Source: a virus. Taken from it: a stretch of 64,000 bases of DNA. Both the position numbers and the translations under genes were made by a program. Below the pieces are notes generated by a model. It searched no databases and was not told the origin of the DNA. It saw nothing but the letters and a program-made list of their open reading frames with translations. The stretch lies in the IMG/VR virus record IMGVR_UViG_3300049027_000140, positions 1 through 64,000 of that record, one strand, 5' to 3'. Positions 28,073-36,973 of this stretch are shown piece by piece. Position 1 is the stretch's first letter, and every line of letters starts with the position of its first letter.

Positions 28073-28416
28073 GATGCCAGCTCCACGGGTGCGGGTGAGC
28101 CGTCGCGGCGAACGATGCCGCTCTCCGTGGGCTCCGGGCGCTCGGTACCGAGGAGTTCCTCGAGAGCCTCGCGGGCGTCTCTGTACGCGAGCGCCTCCGC
28201 CTTGCCGGCGCCCTGGGACACCCTGGCCGCGTCCGCGCGCCTGTAGCGGACCCACGCCTTCGAGATGTCGCCGAGGAGACGGTGCGCTTCGGCGTTGCGC
28301 TCGGCCTGGTACCAGAGCCGCTGCCGCGTCCGCCGTACCGCGGAGACGCCGCCGGTGAAGAGGCCAGCGAGGAAGCCGAGGACGACTCCAGTGGTGACGA
28401 TCGCGAACAGGTTCAT
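28069..28416 (-). CDS. membrane-anchored hypothetical protein
   Basis: N-terminal TM; coupled. Confidence 0.6.
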   Translation of the reverse strand: MNLFAIVTTGVVLGFLAGLFTGGVSAVRRTRQRLWYQAERNAEAHRLLGDISKAWVRYRRADAARVSQGAGKAEALAYRDAREALEELLGTERPEPTESGIVRRDGSPAPVELAS

Positions 28417-28904
28417 GTGCGCCCCTCCTTCGCTCGCCGCGCCTGGGCGATGCGGATCAGGTCGTGTCCAAGTAGTTCAACAGCATCGGTCGGGAGTGCT
28501 TCGCTGTAGGCTTTCGCCACCTCGACGCCCCAATCGGGCCGCCTTTCGGCGACGAGAAGCAGGTGCTCCAGGGCGAACGGCTTTGTCGGCTCGTCGCTTA
28601 GCGCGAGCGAGACATGCTGCGGCTGCACGTCGACCACGCACGCAAGCTCACTGAACGAGATCGGCCTGAACGCACCACGCACGAGTTTCACGGCGCGCTT
28701 GCGCGCCTCGTGCCTGACGCCGCTCTGGAGCTGATAGGAACTGCGCGCCTGCGCAGGTGACGGGACCACCGGCGCAACCACATTGCGCGCCGCGACCTGT
28801 GCCGCAAGCTCTGCGATATGGATGACGCCGGCGCCGCTCGGCGGAGACGCACTCGCGCGCTCTCCGGATGGGATACTACTGCTCTTGTCACGGAAGATGC
28901 TCAT
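28413..28904 (-). CDS. CII-like HTH regulator
   Basis: SFSELACVVDVQPQHVSLALS HTH-like; downstream of cro. Confidence 0.5.
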   Translation of the reverse strand: MSIFRDKSSSIPSGERASASPPSGAGVIHIAELAAQVAARNVVAPVVPSPAQARSSYQLQSGVRHEARKRAVKLVRGAFRPISFSELACVVDVQPQHVSLALSDEPTKPFALEHLLLVAERRPDWGVEVAKAYSEALPTDAVELLGHDLIRIAQARRAKEGRT

Positions 28905-28952
28905 TGTTCTACGATCCCCCGCAGACGGTTGGGGCCGAGCGACGCACCAGAG

Positions 28953-29423
28953 TCACTCGGCGACATTCTCTCTCGCGTGATCGCCGGCATCGTCCCGGCA
29001 AATGAGGACGGCGGCGGAGGCTACATGCCCCATGGGGGCGGGATAGGCGGCGTCGATCTTCCGCTGGATCGCGTCGAGGAGGTCCTCGACAGACACGGCA
29101 TCGAGGCCGGTGGCAATGACGCCGCGAGCGCGCTCGAGGTCGGCCTCGATGGCGGCGATGCGCGCACGGGCCTCGGTCATCCCAGCGAGTGCGCCTTGAT
29201 GGGCCTCGGCCTGGACTCGGGCGGCAGCCTCGAATGCGTCGGCGCGCGCCCGCTGCTCGCGCTCGCGGTGCTGGGCGTTCTCCAGGAGCGCCTCAAGGGC
29301 GGCGATACGCTCGCTCTTGCCGTCGCGCTCCGGACGGTCGACGCCGTCCCAGGTCGCCTCGAGGTCGGCGGCGGGCGGCGCGCTGGTGACCACCTCGGGG
29401 TCGGCATTCTCGTGCGGGTGCAT
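28953..29423 (-). CDS. coiled-coil hypothetical protein
   Basis: GGAGG RBS. Confidence 0.6.
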   Translation of the reverse strand: MHPHENADPEVVTSAPPAADLEATWDGVDRPERDGKSERIAALEALLENAQHREREQRARADAFEAAARVQAEAHQGALAGMTEARARIAAIEADLERARGVIATGLDAVSVEDLLDAIQRKIDAAYPAPMGHVASAAVLICRDDAGDHARENVAE

Positions 29424-29426
29424 GGG

Positions 29427-30062
29427 CTACCTCCCACCCGCGGCGGCGCGGGCGCGGAGCGCTTCGAGGCGCTCGCGGCGCGCCTGCTGGTACTGATGCA
29501 AGCCGCGGATGGGCGCAAACCGGAGCGCGACGACCACGCCGTTTCGCGTGAGCCACGACCGCCTCGGGACCGCGCCGCCGGTCCAGAGCTCAATCATCTC
29601 GGCGGCGATCTCGTCCGGAGTCGACCGGCCGCAGCGCCAGTAGCAGATGCTCTGGGTCGAGCACGGGATCTCAGCGGCCGCCTGGGCCTGGGTTACCCCG
29701 CGGGAATTGAGGAACTCGTCGAGCAGAAGCTCTCCGTCGCGGCCGTCGAACCCCGCATCGAACTCGCGGAGCACCTCGCCACGCACGCGGCCACCAATCG
29801 TATCGATGTAGTCCGCTACTGGCCCGGTCGGCAGGAACCACTCGGTGGTGCCGTCGCCGGCCTCCAGGTACATGCGCGCGTGGCGGAAGTCCCAATGCCA
29901 GTCCTTCTCTTCCCGCTGGCCACCCGGGGCCGTGGCGATGACCTCGAGCGCATCGCCGATGGAGGCGGAGATGTCGGCAGCCCGGCGCTCAGGGCGCACC
30001 GAGTGACCGACCTTGATCGGGCCGCCATGCGGGCGCTGAAGGAAGTAGACGACGGAGCCCAC
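29427..30062 (-). CDS. GIY-YIG (T5orf172-like) domain fused to C-terminal Cro/XRE HTH
   Basis: VYFLQ...IKVGHS..PERR...EWF then TQAQAAAEIPCSTQSICYWRCGRSTP...IELWTGGAV. Confidence 0.75.
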   Translation of the reverse strand: MGSVVYFLQRPHGGPIKVGHSVRPERRAADISASIGDALEVIATAPGGQREEKDWHWDFRHARMYLEAGDGTTEWFLPTGPVADYIDTIGGRVRGEVLREFDAGFDGRDGELLLDEFLNSRGVTQAQAAAEIPCSTQSICYWRCGRSTPDEIAAEMIELWTGGAVPRRSWLTRNGVVVALRFAPIRGLHQYQQARRERLEALRARAAAGGR

Positions 30063-30065
30063 GGG

Positions 30066-30392
30066 TCAGGCTGCCCCTCGAGCCGCAGCCATCGCCTCGC
30101 GCTCGCTCTCGACCAACCAGTCATCGGCGAGGATCGTCGGCTTGCTGAGCTTGCCGCCCTTGACCGCCTTCCGGCTCCAGAGCGCAATGTGGGCGCGGCT
30201 GATGGTGTCGGGGCGGGCGATACCGTGCCGCCAGTTGTGGATGGTCGCCCTCGCGTACGGGGGCGACTTCCCGACGAGGACGGTGATCTCGGAGGCGACC
30301 TCGGCGGATGAGAGGCCGCGCTCGTCGACGAGCTCGTCGAACTTCTTGGACCCGGGGGTCGGGTACGGACCCGGCTTGGCTGTTCTTCTCAC
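30066..30392 (-). CDS. Cro-like HTH repressor, leaderless
   Basis: LSSAEVASEI...RATIHNWRHGIARP; divergent from CI-like gene; GTG 6 nt after TACAAT. Confidence 0.7.
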   Translation of the reverse strand: MRRTAKPGPYPTPGSKKFDELVDERGLSSAEVASEITVLVGKSPPYARATIHNWRHGIARPDTISRAHIALWSRKAVKGGKLSKPTILADDWLVESEREAMAAARGAA

Positions 30393-30398
30393 GCCCCA

Positions 30399-30428
30399 AT
30401 TGTATGCACGACAAGACGAACTGCGCAA
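30399..30428 (-). promoter_or_regulatory. lytic (cro) promoter TTGCGC-18-TACAAT with putative operator TCGTCTTGTCGTGCATAC
   Basis: hexamers at 30423-30428 and 30399-30404. Confidence 0.65.
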
Positions 30429-30486
30429 GGGGGAACCGGTGACGGAAGTTTTTTCCGCAATACATGCGGGGTGTTACAGGAGAACG

Positions 30487-31032
30487 ATGCGCAGATCCGA
30501 AGCGAGGAAGGTGCTCGCCGCGTATGTGGCCGACCGGCTCGGGCGCGAGTGCGCCGAACGACGCGGCGCGCAAGCGGAGATCGCTCGGGCGCTTGGCTTC
30601 AGCCGTGGGCACCTCAGCAACGTGCTGCGGGGCCAGTACTCCGTCGGCGAGGACCTAGCCGCACGATTGGCCGACTACTGGGGGATGACTTACGACCAGC
30701 TCCATGCGGAGGCCGAGAAGTGGGGCAAAACGTCTCAGCGACCGGCCGCAGTGGATAGACCAGAGCCTTGGCGCCGATTGAAGGATCGGCCGGAATGGAC
30801 AGCGAGCCTCGAATCTGCTCGGGCGTTCTACAAGGATATCCCGGACGACTATTTCCTGCGCGTTGGCGCCATCCTGGACGACGTGAGCCGTCACATTGAC
30901 GCGCAGTTCATCGGCGAAATGGCGAGGGTGATCTGGAGTGCCGAGGTCCGTGAGTCTGCCGTGCCCCCCGTATCTGTGGTGGAGACAACGAAGCACAGTC
31001 ACGGGAAAGACAAAAAGTCTGGCGGCAGTTGA
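30487..31032 (+). CDS. CI/ImmR-like XRE repressor (no S24 peptidase domain)
   Basis: AQAEIARALGFSRGHLSNVLRG HTH; AGGAG RBS; divergent from cro. Confidence 0.8.
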   Translation: MRRSEARKVLAAYVADRLGRECAERRGAQAEIARALGFSRGHLSNVLRGQYSVGEDLAARLADYWGMTYDQLHAEAEKWGKTSQRPAAVDRPEPWRRLKDRPEWTASLESARAFYKDIPDDYFLRVGAILDDVSRHIDAQFIGEMARVIWSAEVRESAVPPVSVVETTKHSHGKDKKSGGS

Positions 31033-31103
31033 ACCACAAACGGTATGGTGAGATCACCGATGTAGTGCTCTGGGCCCGGCCGTAGCCCAGAAGGGGGTGG
31101 TCA

Positions 31104-31550
31104 GTGACTATGACGCCGAACAACCGCTTGGCCGTAGAACACGCCAATGACGGTTGTGGGTGCGAAATGCACCGAGGGACACCGACCCGTAGGGATCTCG
31201 ATGCATTCCCGCATCCGTACGCGATCGCAGACGTTCTGGGATTCCGCGTCGTCGAGGTACCTTCCCTCCCCGCCGGCGCCGAGCAGATGACGGACGGCCG
31301 CACCATCTGGGTCGCGTGGGCACACGACCAGCGCCAGCGCGGCAGCAGGCTCTTCCGCGCCATTGCCGCGGCCCTGCTCTCCGCCCAGGGGGCGCCGCGC
31401 TCGGAGGCTGCGGCCTACGAGCTCGCCGCGAAGCTGGCCGTGCCGCCGGAGCTCATGCGACGCGTGGGCCTGGACGAGACCATCCGCCGGCAGGCATGGG
31501 CGACCGAGTGCCTGATCCGCTGGTGGTGGAACGCCGCCGTCGTGGAGTAG
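31104..31550 (+). CDS. ImmA/IrrE-family homolog lacking HExxH (probable pseudo-peptidase)
   Basis: HPYAIADVLGFRVV...TIWV...RQRGSRLF-RAIAA-ALL...EAAAYELAAKLAVP aligns with RQRFTLAHELGH...ExEAxxFAAxLLMP. Confidence 0.7.
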   Translation: MTMTPNNRLAVEHANDGCGCEMHRGTPTRRDLDAFPHPYAIADVLGFRVVEVPSLPAGAEQMTDGRTIWVAWAHDQRQRGSRLFRAIAAALLSAQGAPRSEAAAYELAAKLAVPPELMRRVGLDETIRRQAWATECLIRWWWNAAVVE

Positions 31551-31561
31551 GCAGCCGGCTC

Positions 31562-31616
31562 TCGTCGTTCGCGCAATACATTTCCGGTTGACGTATTGTC
31601 TTGCGAGCAATACCAT
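31562..31616 (+). promoter_or_regulatory. rightward early promoter TTGACG-17-TACCAT with two TyGTC-N6-GCAATAC operator-like sites
   Basis: -35 31588-31593, -10 31611-31616; sites 31562-31579 and 31596-31613. Confidence 0.75.
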
Positions 31617-31654
31617 GGTCTCCGTCAGGCCGCGCTTGCGGCCGAGGAGGCCCG

Positions 31655-31978
31655 ATGCTCTCAGCCGTCTCCGCCCTTGCTTCTCCGCCGCGCACCGCGC
31701 CGGCCGTTCCGTTCGCTGACCGCGCCGTCGCTGCGCTGCTTCACGGGGGCGGCGAGCTCGCCAGCGCCCGTCGCTCGCGGCCCACCGGGCGGCTGCGGTA
31801 CTTCGCCGAGCCCCGGCCCTCCGGGCGCGTGGCGGTGGAGGTCGTCGAAAGCCCCTATGGGGCCGAGCGGAGCGCGCTGGAGCACGCGGCCCGGCTGCTG
31901 CGTGGACGCGGGTTCAGGGTGCTGGAGCTTCCGAAGAGCGGGCGCCTCATCGTGTGCGCGGGCCGGAGGGTGCAGTGA
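31655..31978 (+). CDS. hypothetical protein (first gene of rightward operon)
   Basis: GAGGAGG RBS. Confidence 0.6.
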   Translation: MLSAVSALASPPRTAPAVPFADRAVAALLHGGGELASARRSRPTGRLRYFAEPRPSGRVAVEVVESPYGAERSALEHAARLLRGRGFRVLELPKSGRLIVCAGRRVQ

Positions 31979-32412
31979 ACGCCGCTCGCATCTCGACCTT
32001 TGGCGGCTACGAGACCGCCCTCATCGCCGCCGCCAAGCTCAACGCCGGTCTCGGCGACGCCGCCCGGGTGCCCGGCTACCGCGCCGCGCTCATCGCCTCG
32101 CTGGAGCGCCTGCACCAGGCCGGCTGCGGCCCGTGGATCGCGGAGTGGCTCGAGTTCCTGAACGACGAGCGCTGCTGGCTCCCGATCTGGGAGGCCGACG
32201 GCCACGAGATGGTCAAGACGCTCGGCGCACTCCTGAACCTGGACGAGATGGCGCTGGAACTGCCCTGCCCGCGCAGCGTCCCGATCACTCCCCCGCCCTC
32301 GGTGACGGCTGAGGCCGATGAGCACGCCGCCGCGCGCGACACCCGCGACACGCTGCCGCCGCTCGGCGACGTGGAGCTCTGGGACCTCGAGAAAACCCTC
32401 GTTCCGGTTTGA
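31975..32412 (+). CDS. hypothetical protein
   Basis: GTGA coupling. Confidence 0.65.
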   Translation: MNAARISTFGGYETALIAAAKLNAGLGDAARVPGYRAALIASLERLHQAGCGPWIAEWLEFLNDERCWLPIWEADGHEMVKTLGALLNLDEMALELPCPRSVPITPPPSVTAEADEHAAARDTRDTLPPLGDVELWDLEKTLVPV

Positions 32413-32422
32413 GGAGGACGCC

Positions 32423-32833
32423 ATGCGAGCATTCGAGACCTTCCGATCCGAGCTTCTTGCGGCCCTCCGCGACGCGACCCGTGGCTACGGCTGCGACTCC
32501 TGGGAGCGCGCCGTGAGGACGCTCCCCCGCGCCGGCGCGCCGGAGTGGCGCGAGGACTGGCTCTACGCCGTCTCGGGCCACGGCAACGACGGCATGATCT
32601 ACCAGGTCGAGCGCGAGCTCGGCCGGGCCGGCAACACCCCGCGGAGCGCCCGCGCGTGGCTGCGCGTCTACGATCTGCTGGTCGGGCTGCGCGAGGAGTT
32701 GCGGACCGCGCCGGCGGTTGCGCCGGTGGTCGCGATCGGCGCCGATCCGGTCAAGGTCGCCTGCGAGTGCGTCTCCGGGTGCGCCGAGTGCGACGGCGAG
32801 GGCGTGACGTTCGTCGAGCCGGAGGCCGCGTGA
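32423..32833 (+). CDS. hypothetical protein with C-terminal Cys motif
   Basis: GAGGAGG RBS. Confidence 0.65.
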   Translation: MRAFETFRSELLAALRDATRGYGCDSWERAVRTLPRAGAPEWREDWLYAVSGHGNDGMIYQVERELGRAGNTPRSARAWLRVYDLLVGLREELRTAPAVAPVVAIGADPVKVACECVSGCAECDGEGVTFVEPEAA

Positions 32834-33300
32834 ACCGCCCGGCGACCCGAGGCTCCGTGTGGGTCCGCCGCGAGGCTATCGCGCGCGCTGTTGCCGGCGA
32901 AGCGCTCGGCGGCGCAGAGGTCTGCACCGTGCTCGGTGTGACTTCGGCAGGTGTCGACGCTCTGACGTGGGGCGGCATGCGCAGCACCGTGCTGACGCCG
33001 GTGTTCCTCGACCTGTGGGAGCGAAGTCCCAGGCGCGATCTCTGCGTCTCTCGCACCGTCCGGCTGCTCGACCGTAAGGTGTCGCCGGAGCTCGACATCC
33101 GGCGTGGCGGATCGACCGTGTTCGTCCACGAGTGGGACTCGCTCGCGGCCGTGCGACGCGCGCTCGCCGGGTACGGATTGCGGCTCGGGAAGGTGGGGAG
33201 GAGGAAGAAGTACGGTCCGATCGGGTATCGATACGTGGGCACGACGTGGAGCGTGCGCGGGCACTTCCGCGAGCCAGCGCCGGCGATGGAGGGCAAGTGA
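32830..33300 (+). CDS. hypothetical protein
   Basis: coupled. Confidence 0.55.
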   Translation: MNRPATRGSVWVRREAIARAVAGEALGGAEVCTVLGVTSAGVDALTWGGMRSTVLTPVFLDLWERSPRRDLCVSRTVRLLDRKVSPELDIRRGGSTVFVHEWDSLAAVRRALAGYGLRLGKVGRRKKYGPIGYRYVGTTWSVRGHFREPAPAMEGK

Positions 33301-33635
33301 ACCGCACCGGCGCCCCTGGCTTCGGCGACGCCGACGACGCCCTCGACGCCGAGCGCATCGACGGCATCGGGCACATCGCCCGCACGCAGCGCCTGAGCCC
33401 CCGCGGCCTGCACCAGAGCCCGGCCTACCTGCGCGGGCGCGTGGAGCGGCTGGCGGCGCGGCTGCGGGAGGAGGGCGGTGACCCTGGCAAGGTCGTCACG
33501 GCCGAGGATACGGCGGCTCTCCTCGCGGAGGTGCTGCGGCTGGAGGGGGAGATCGGCGCCGCGCTGAATCGGAAGCGCGAGCCGGTGACGGGACTGGACG
33601 AGCCGGGCGCCGGTGAGGCGATCGCGGCGGAGTGA
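33297..33635 (+). CDS. hypothetical protein
   Basis: coupled. Confidence 0.6.
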   Translation: MNRTGAPGFGDADDALDAERIDGIGHIARTQRLSPRGLHQSPAYLRGRVERLAARLREEGGDPGKVVTAEDTAALLAEVLRLEGEIGAALNRKREPVTGLDEPGAGEAIAAE

Positions 33636-33785
33636 AGGAGGGGTCATGGTCGGAGCACACCGGGTCATCCGGACGGCGAGCGAGGTGGCGGGATTCGTCG
33701 GCTTCATGGCGGCATGGGGCTGGGTGACGGTGAAAGGGCTCGTGAAGCACCCGGTCGCCCTTCTCCGCACCCTGCGGGGTGCCAG

Positions 33786-34049
33786 GTGATCGGCGCGGCC
33801 ACCACGGTCCTCGTCACGCGCACGGTGGTGATCCGCCGCGGGCGTCGCATCGAGGTCTGCATCGAGCGCTACGACGTCGCCGTCTGCGAGGAGAAGCCGG
33901 GGAAGGCGCCGCTCCTGCTCGACACGCGCACGGGCGAGCCCTGGGCCGGCGCGTTCACCCCGGAGGAGCAGGCCGAGGCGGACGCGCTGCTGGAGCGGGC
34001 GCGGGAGATGCGGCGGCTGGATGAGACGCGGTGGCCGAGGGCGGCGTGA
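33786..34049 (+). CDS. hypothetical protein
   Basis: coupled. Confidence 0.55.
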   Translation: MIGAATTVLVTRTVVIRRGRRIEVCIERYDVAVCEEKPGKAPLLLDTRTGEPWAGAFTPEEQAEADALLERAREMRRLDETRWPRAA

Positions 34050-34210
34050 TGGTGACGATCGGCGATCTGGCCGCGGCCGCGCTCGGCGTCTCCATCGCTG
34101 CCGGGCTCGTGTTCGCGGCGTGGTGCCTCGGCGTGCTGCTGGCCGATGCGGTGTGGGCGGCGAGACGGGTTGTGCGGCGGTGGCGGCAGAATGGCCGCTG
34201 AGGAGGAGCG

Positions 34211-34453
34211 ATGGCGACGAAGAAGATGACGGGCAAGGACATCTCGACGGAGCAGGTGCTCGCCGCGGTGGGCGACGGCGCGACGTTCGGGGACATGTGC
34301 GCGAAGCTCGGACTGCCGTGCGACTCGCGCGCGCTCGACCAGGCGCTCCAGCGGGAGAAGCGCGCGGGGCGCATCCGCCTCGGCGAAAAGCGGCGGTGGG
34401 TCAAGGCGGATGCGCCGCCAGCGGCGAAGGCGAAGCGCGAGAGGTCGGCGTGA
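34211..34453 (+). CDS. small winged-helix-like DNA-binding protein
   Basis: EQVLAAV...TFGDMCAKLG...LDQALQREKRAGRI; strong RBS. Confidence 0.6.
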   Translation: MATKKMTGKDISTEQVLAAVGDGATFGDMCAKLGLPCDSRALDQALQREKRAGRIRLGEKRRWVKADAPPAAKAKRERSA

Positions 34454-35256
34454 CAGCTCCGAAGCTGTTCGCGCTCGCGACGCTGGTCGATTCTGGCGAC
34501 CGGTTCGTCACGGTCGACGCCGGCCACGCTGGTCACTTCGACCTGCACTTCAACAACCTCGTGCCGGCGGAGATCGCGGCGCTGAACGGGAAGCATCGTG
34601 CGCTCCGCGTCACCATCGAGCCCGCCTCCCCCGCCCCTTCGCCGCCTCGCTCCGCCGAGGAGATCGCGCGGGAGATGGTTCAGCCGATGACGCGGGAGGA
34701 TCGCGTCGACGGCGAGTTTCGCATGCTGGTGCGGGCCGGAGGCTGGCAGACCGAGGTGTCGACGCGCGCGCCAGACACGCTCGTCTGCGTCGTCGCCCGT
34801 GCCATCGAGCAGGCCAACGTTGACGGCGCCGCGGCGGAGCGCGCAGCGCAGAACGAGCGACTGACTGCGCAGATTCGCGACGACTGGAAGATCCCCGCGG
34901 TCGACCATTACCGCGAAGGCTTGCACCGCATATGGCGGGGCGAGCCGAACCCGCAGGCAATCGCGTGCTCGTACCTCGGCGAGGACGACCCGTCGCAGCC
35001 CCGCGACCTCGCCGGCCGCATCCGCGCGCTGGTGATGGAGTACGCGGGGCGGTGGTGCGACGCAGTTGGCGATGCGGACGTGGGCGTCGAGAACGCGCTG
35101 GCCGCGCTCCGGTTTGCTCTGGCGGCTCACAACAGAGGCGGCGACGTCCAGAACCACATTCTCTGGATGAAGCAGCGAACGTGCCAGTACACGCGCAGAG
35201 CAGCCGACGAGCTCGAGGCCATCGTGCGCGAGTGCGGGGAGGAGAAGCGGTCATGA
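34450..35256 (+). CDS. mosaic hypothetical protein
   Basis: coupled. Confidence 0.6.
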   Translation: MTAPKLFALATLVDSGDRFVTVDAGHAGHFDLHFNNLVPAEIAALNGKHRALRVTIEPASPAPSPPRSAEEIAREMVQPMTREDRVDGEFRMLVRAGGWQTEVSTRAPDTLVCVVARAIEQANVDGAAAERAAQNERLTAQIRDDWKIPAVDHYREGLHRIWRGEPNPQAIACSYLGEDDPSQPRDLAGRIRALVMEYAGRWCDAVGDADVGVENALAALRFALAAHNRGGDVQNHILWMKQRTCQYTRRAADELEAIVRECGEEKRS

Positions 35257-35594
35257 AGCTCAAAGTCGGCCAGACGGCGACGTGGACATCCCAGGCCGGC
35301 GGCATCGCCCGCGAGAAGACCGGGAAGGTGCTCGCGATCGTCACCGCGGGGGAGAGCCTCGGGATCGTGCGGCGGCGACTCAGGCTCGACGTGCTCCGCC
35401 GGGACGTGAAAGCGGACGCCGACACGTCGATGTTCGATCGGTACCTCATTGAGGTCATGGTCGATCGCAAGCGCGGCGGCCCGAAGCCGGTGCTCTACGT
35501 GCCCAAGTGCTCGGTGGTCGACGCGCAGGTGGCTGCCGCGCCGGAGGCGAAGGCGCGCCAGGAGTCGTTCCGCCTCATCACGGAGGCCCTGTGA
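35253..35594 (+). CDS. conserved phage hypothetical protein (KVGxxxxWTSQAGG family)
   Basis: MKLKVGQTATWTSQAGG...LYVP. Confidence 0.7.
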   Translation: MKLKVGQTATWTSQAGGIAREKTGKVLAIVTAGESLGIVRRRLRLDVLRRDVKADADTSMFDRYLIEVMVDRKRGGPKPVLYVPKCSVVDAQVAAAPEAKARQESFRLITEAL

Positions 35595-35809
35595 CCGCGG
35601 CCGCCCAGCTCTGCCGCTGCTGCCGCGGCGTCGGCGCCGTCGTGGAGGAGCTCCGCGCCCGCGGCTGGCGCGCCCGGCGAACGGTGGCCTGCGAGGCGCC
35701 CGGCTGCGTGGGCGGCGTCGTGACGCCCGCGGCGCTCGGGCTGAGGCTGGCGGTGAGCTGGGATGGGCTCGTGGGCGTGTGCAGGGTTGTGGAGGTGGGG
35801 CTTTGCTGA
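35591..35809 (+). CDS. small Cys-rich protein (CxxCxG)
   Basis: coupled. Confidence 0.5.
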   Translation: MTAAAQLCRCCRGVGAVVEELRARGWRARRTVACEAPGCVGGVVTPAALGLRLAVSWDGLVGVCRVVEVGLC

Positions 35810-35819
35810 GGAGGATGTG

Positions 35820-36254
35820 ATGGACATCGACATTCGCATCGGTCGTTTCAGGCTCTCATGGTCGTCGCGCTCATCGCTCATGCCGGAGAGCGCCCGGGAG
35901 ATGGAGCAGGAACTCCTGAGCCTCCGCGCTCGGAACCGGCACATCGAGCTCAAGGAGATGGACATGCAGGACCTCCTCCGGCGCGAGCTCCGCGGCGAGC
36001 CCGAGGACGAGCCGAGCCCGCACGCGGCGAAGTGCGCGGCCGACCTGATCCGGCGCCTGAAAGAGGAGCTGGCCGAGGAGCGCTCCGGCGCGCGCGAGCT
36101 CCTCACCGGGCTGATGAAGCGCGGAGCCACGCTCGCCCAGGTCGCGGACGCGGCCGGCGTCGAGTTGGACGAGCACCTCGACGACAACCAGATCGTCGGC
36201 GCGGTCCGGAGCCTGCGGGCGCGCACGGCGCCGCTGGTGCGGAGCGCGGCGTGA
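35820..36254 (+). CDS. coiled-coil hypothetical protein
   Basis: GAGGAGG RBS. Confidence 0.6.
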   Translation: MDIDIRIGRFRLSWSSRSSLMPESAREMEQELLSLRARNRHIELKEMDMQDLLRRELRGEPEDEPSPHAAKCAADLIRRLKEELAEERSGARELLTGLMKRGATLAQVADAAGVELDEHLDDNQIVGAVRSLRARTAPLVRSAA

Positions 36255-36973
36255 TCCTCGCCCTCGACATCGAGACCATCCGTCACCCGGACGTCCCGGC
36301 GCCGGAGGCCGACGAGCAGGAGGACCGCTGCCCGGCGGCGCCGCATCACCGGATCGTCGCGGCGGCTGGAGTGGTGCTGGAGGAGCAGCACAAGCCGCTC
36401 TGGTACGAGGCTGACCGCGCCGTGACGTTCGGCGAGGGCAGCACGGAGGAGCCCGTGATACTGGAGCACCTCGCGCGCGCCTTCCGGAACCGGCCGCAGC
36501 TGCTCACCTGGAACGGCGACGGCTTCGATCTGCGCGTGATCATCGCCGCGGCGATGGAGCACGGCATCCCGGTGCCGTGGCTCCTCTCCCGCGAGGTGAC
36601 CTATCGATACGGCTGTGACGGCCACGAGGACCTCTGCGACACGCTCTCGCAGTACGGAGCGGCGAGGCGTGCCAAGCAGGACGCTTACGCCCGGCGGATC
36701 GGCCTGCCGGGGAAGATGGGCGTGGATGGCGGAGACGTGGCCGCGATGGTTGCCGAGGGCCGCCTGGAGGTGCTGCGAGAGTACAACCTCCAGGACTGCG
36801 GCCAGCTCGCGGGGGTGTTCATCCGGCGCGAGTACGTGGCCGGGCGGCTGACGCTGGAGGGGTACCGGCAGAGCGCGGCGTCGCTCGTGGGCTTGATGGA
36901 GAGAACGCCGGGGCTTCGGCCGATCGTCGAGCACGAGCGGTTCAACCGGAAGCGTTTTTTGCTGGAGGGGTAG
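36251..36973 (+). CDS. DEDD 3'-5' exonuclease related to PolB exonuclease domain
   Basis: LDIET (ExoI), TWNGDGFD (ExoII), HEDL, GLPGK, YNLQD (ExoIII). Confidence 0.88.
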   Translation: MILALDIETIRHPDVPAPEADEQEDRCPAAPHHRIVAAAGVVLEEQHKPLWYEADRAVTFGEGSTEEPVILEHLARAFRNRPQLLTWNGDGFDLRVIIAAAMEHGIPVPWLLSREVTYRYGCDGHEDLCDTLSQYGAARRAKQDAYARRIGLPGKMGVDGGDVAAMVAEGRLEVLREYNLQDCGQLAGVFIRREYVAGRLTLEGYRQSAASLVGLMERTPGLRPIVEHERFNRKRFLLEG

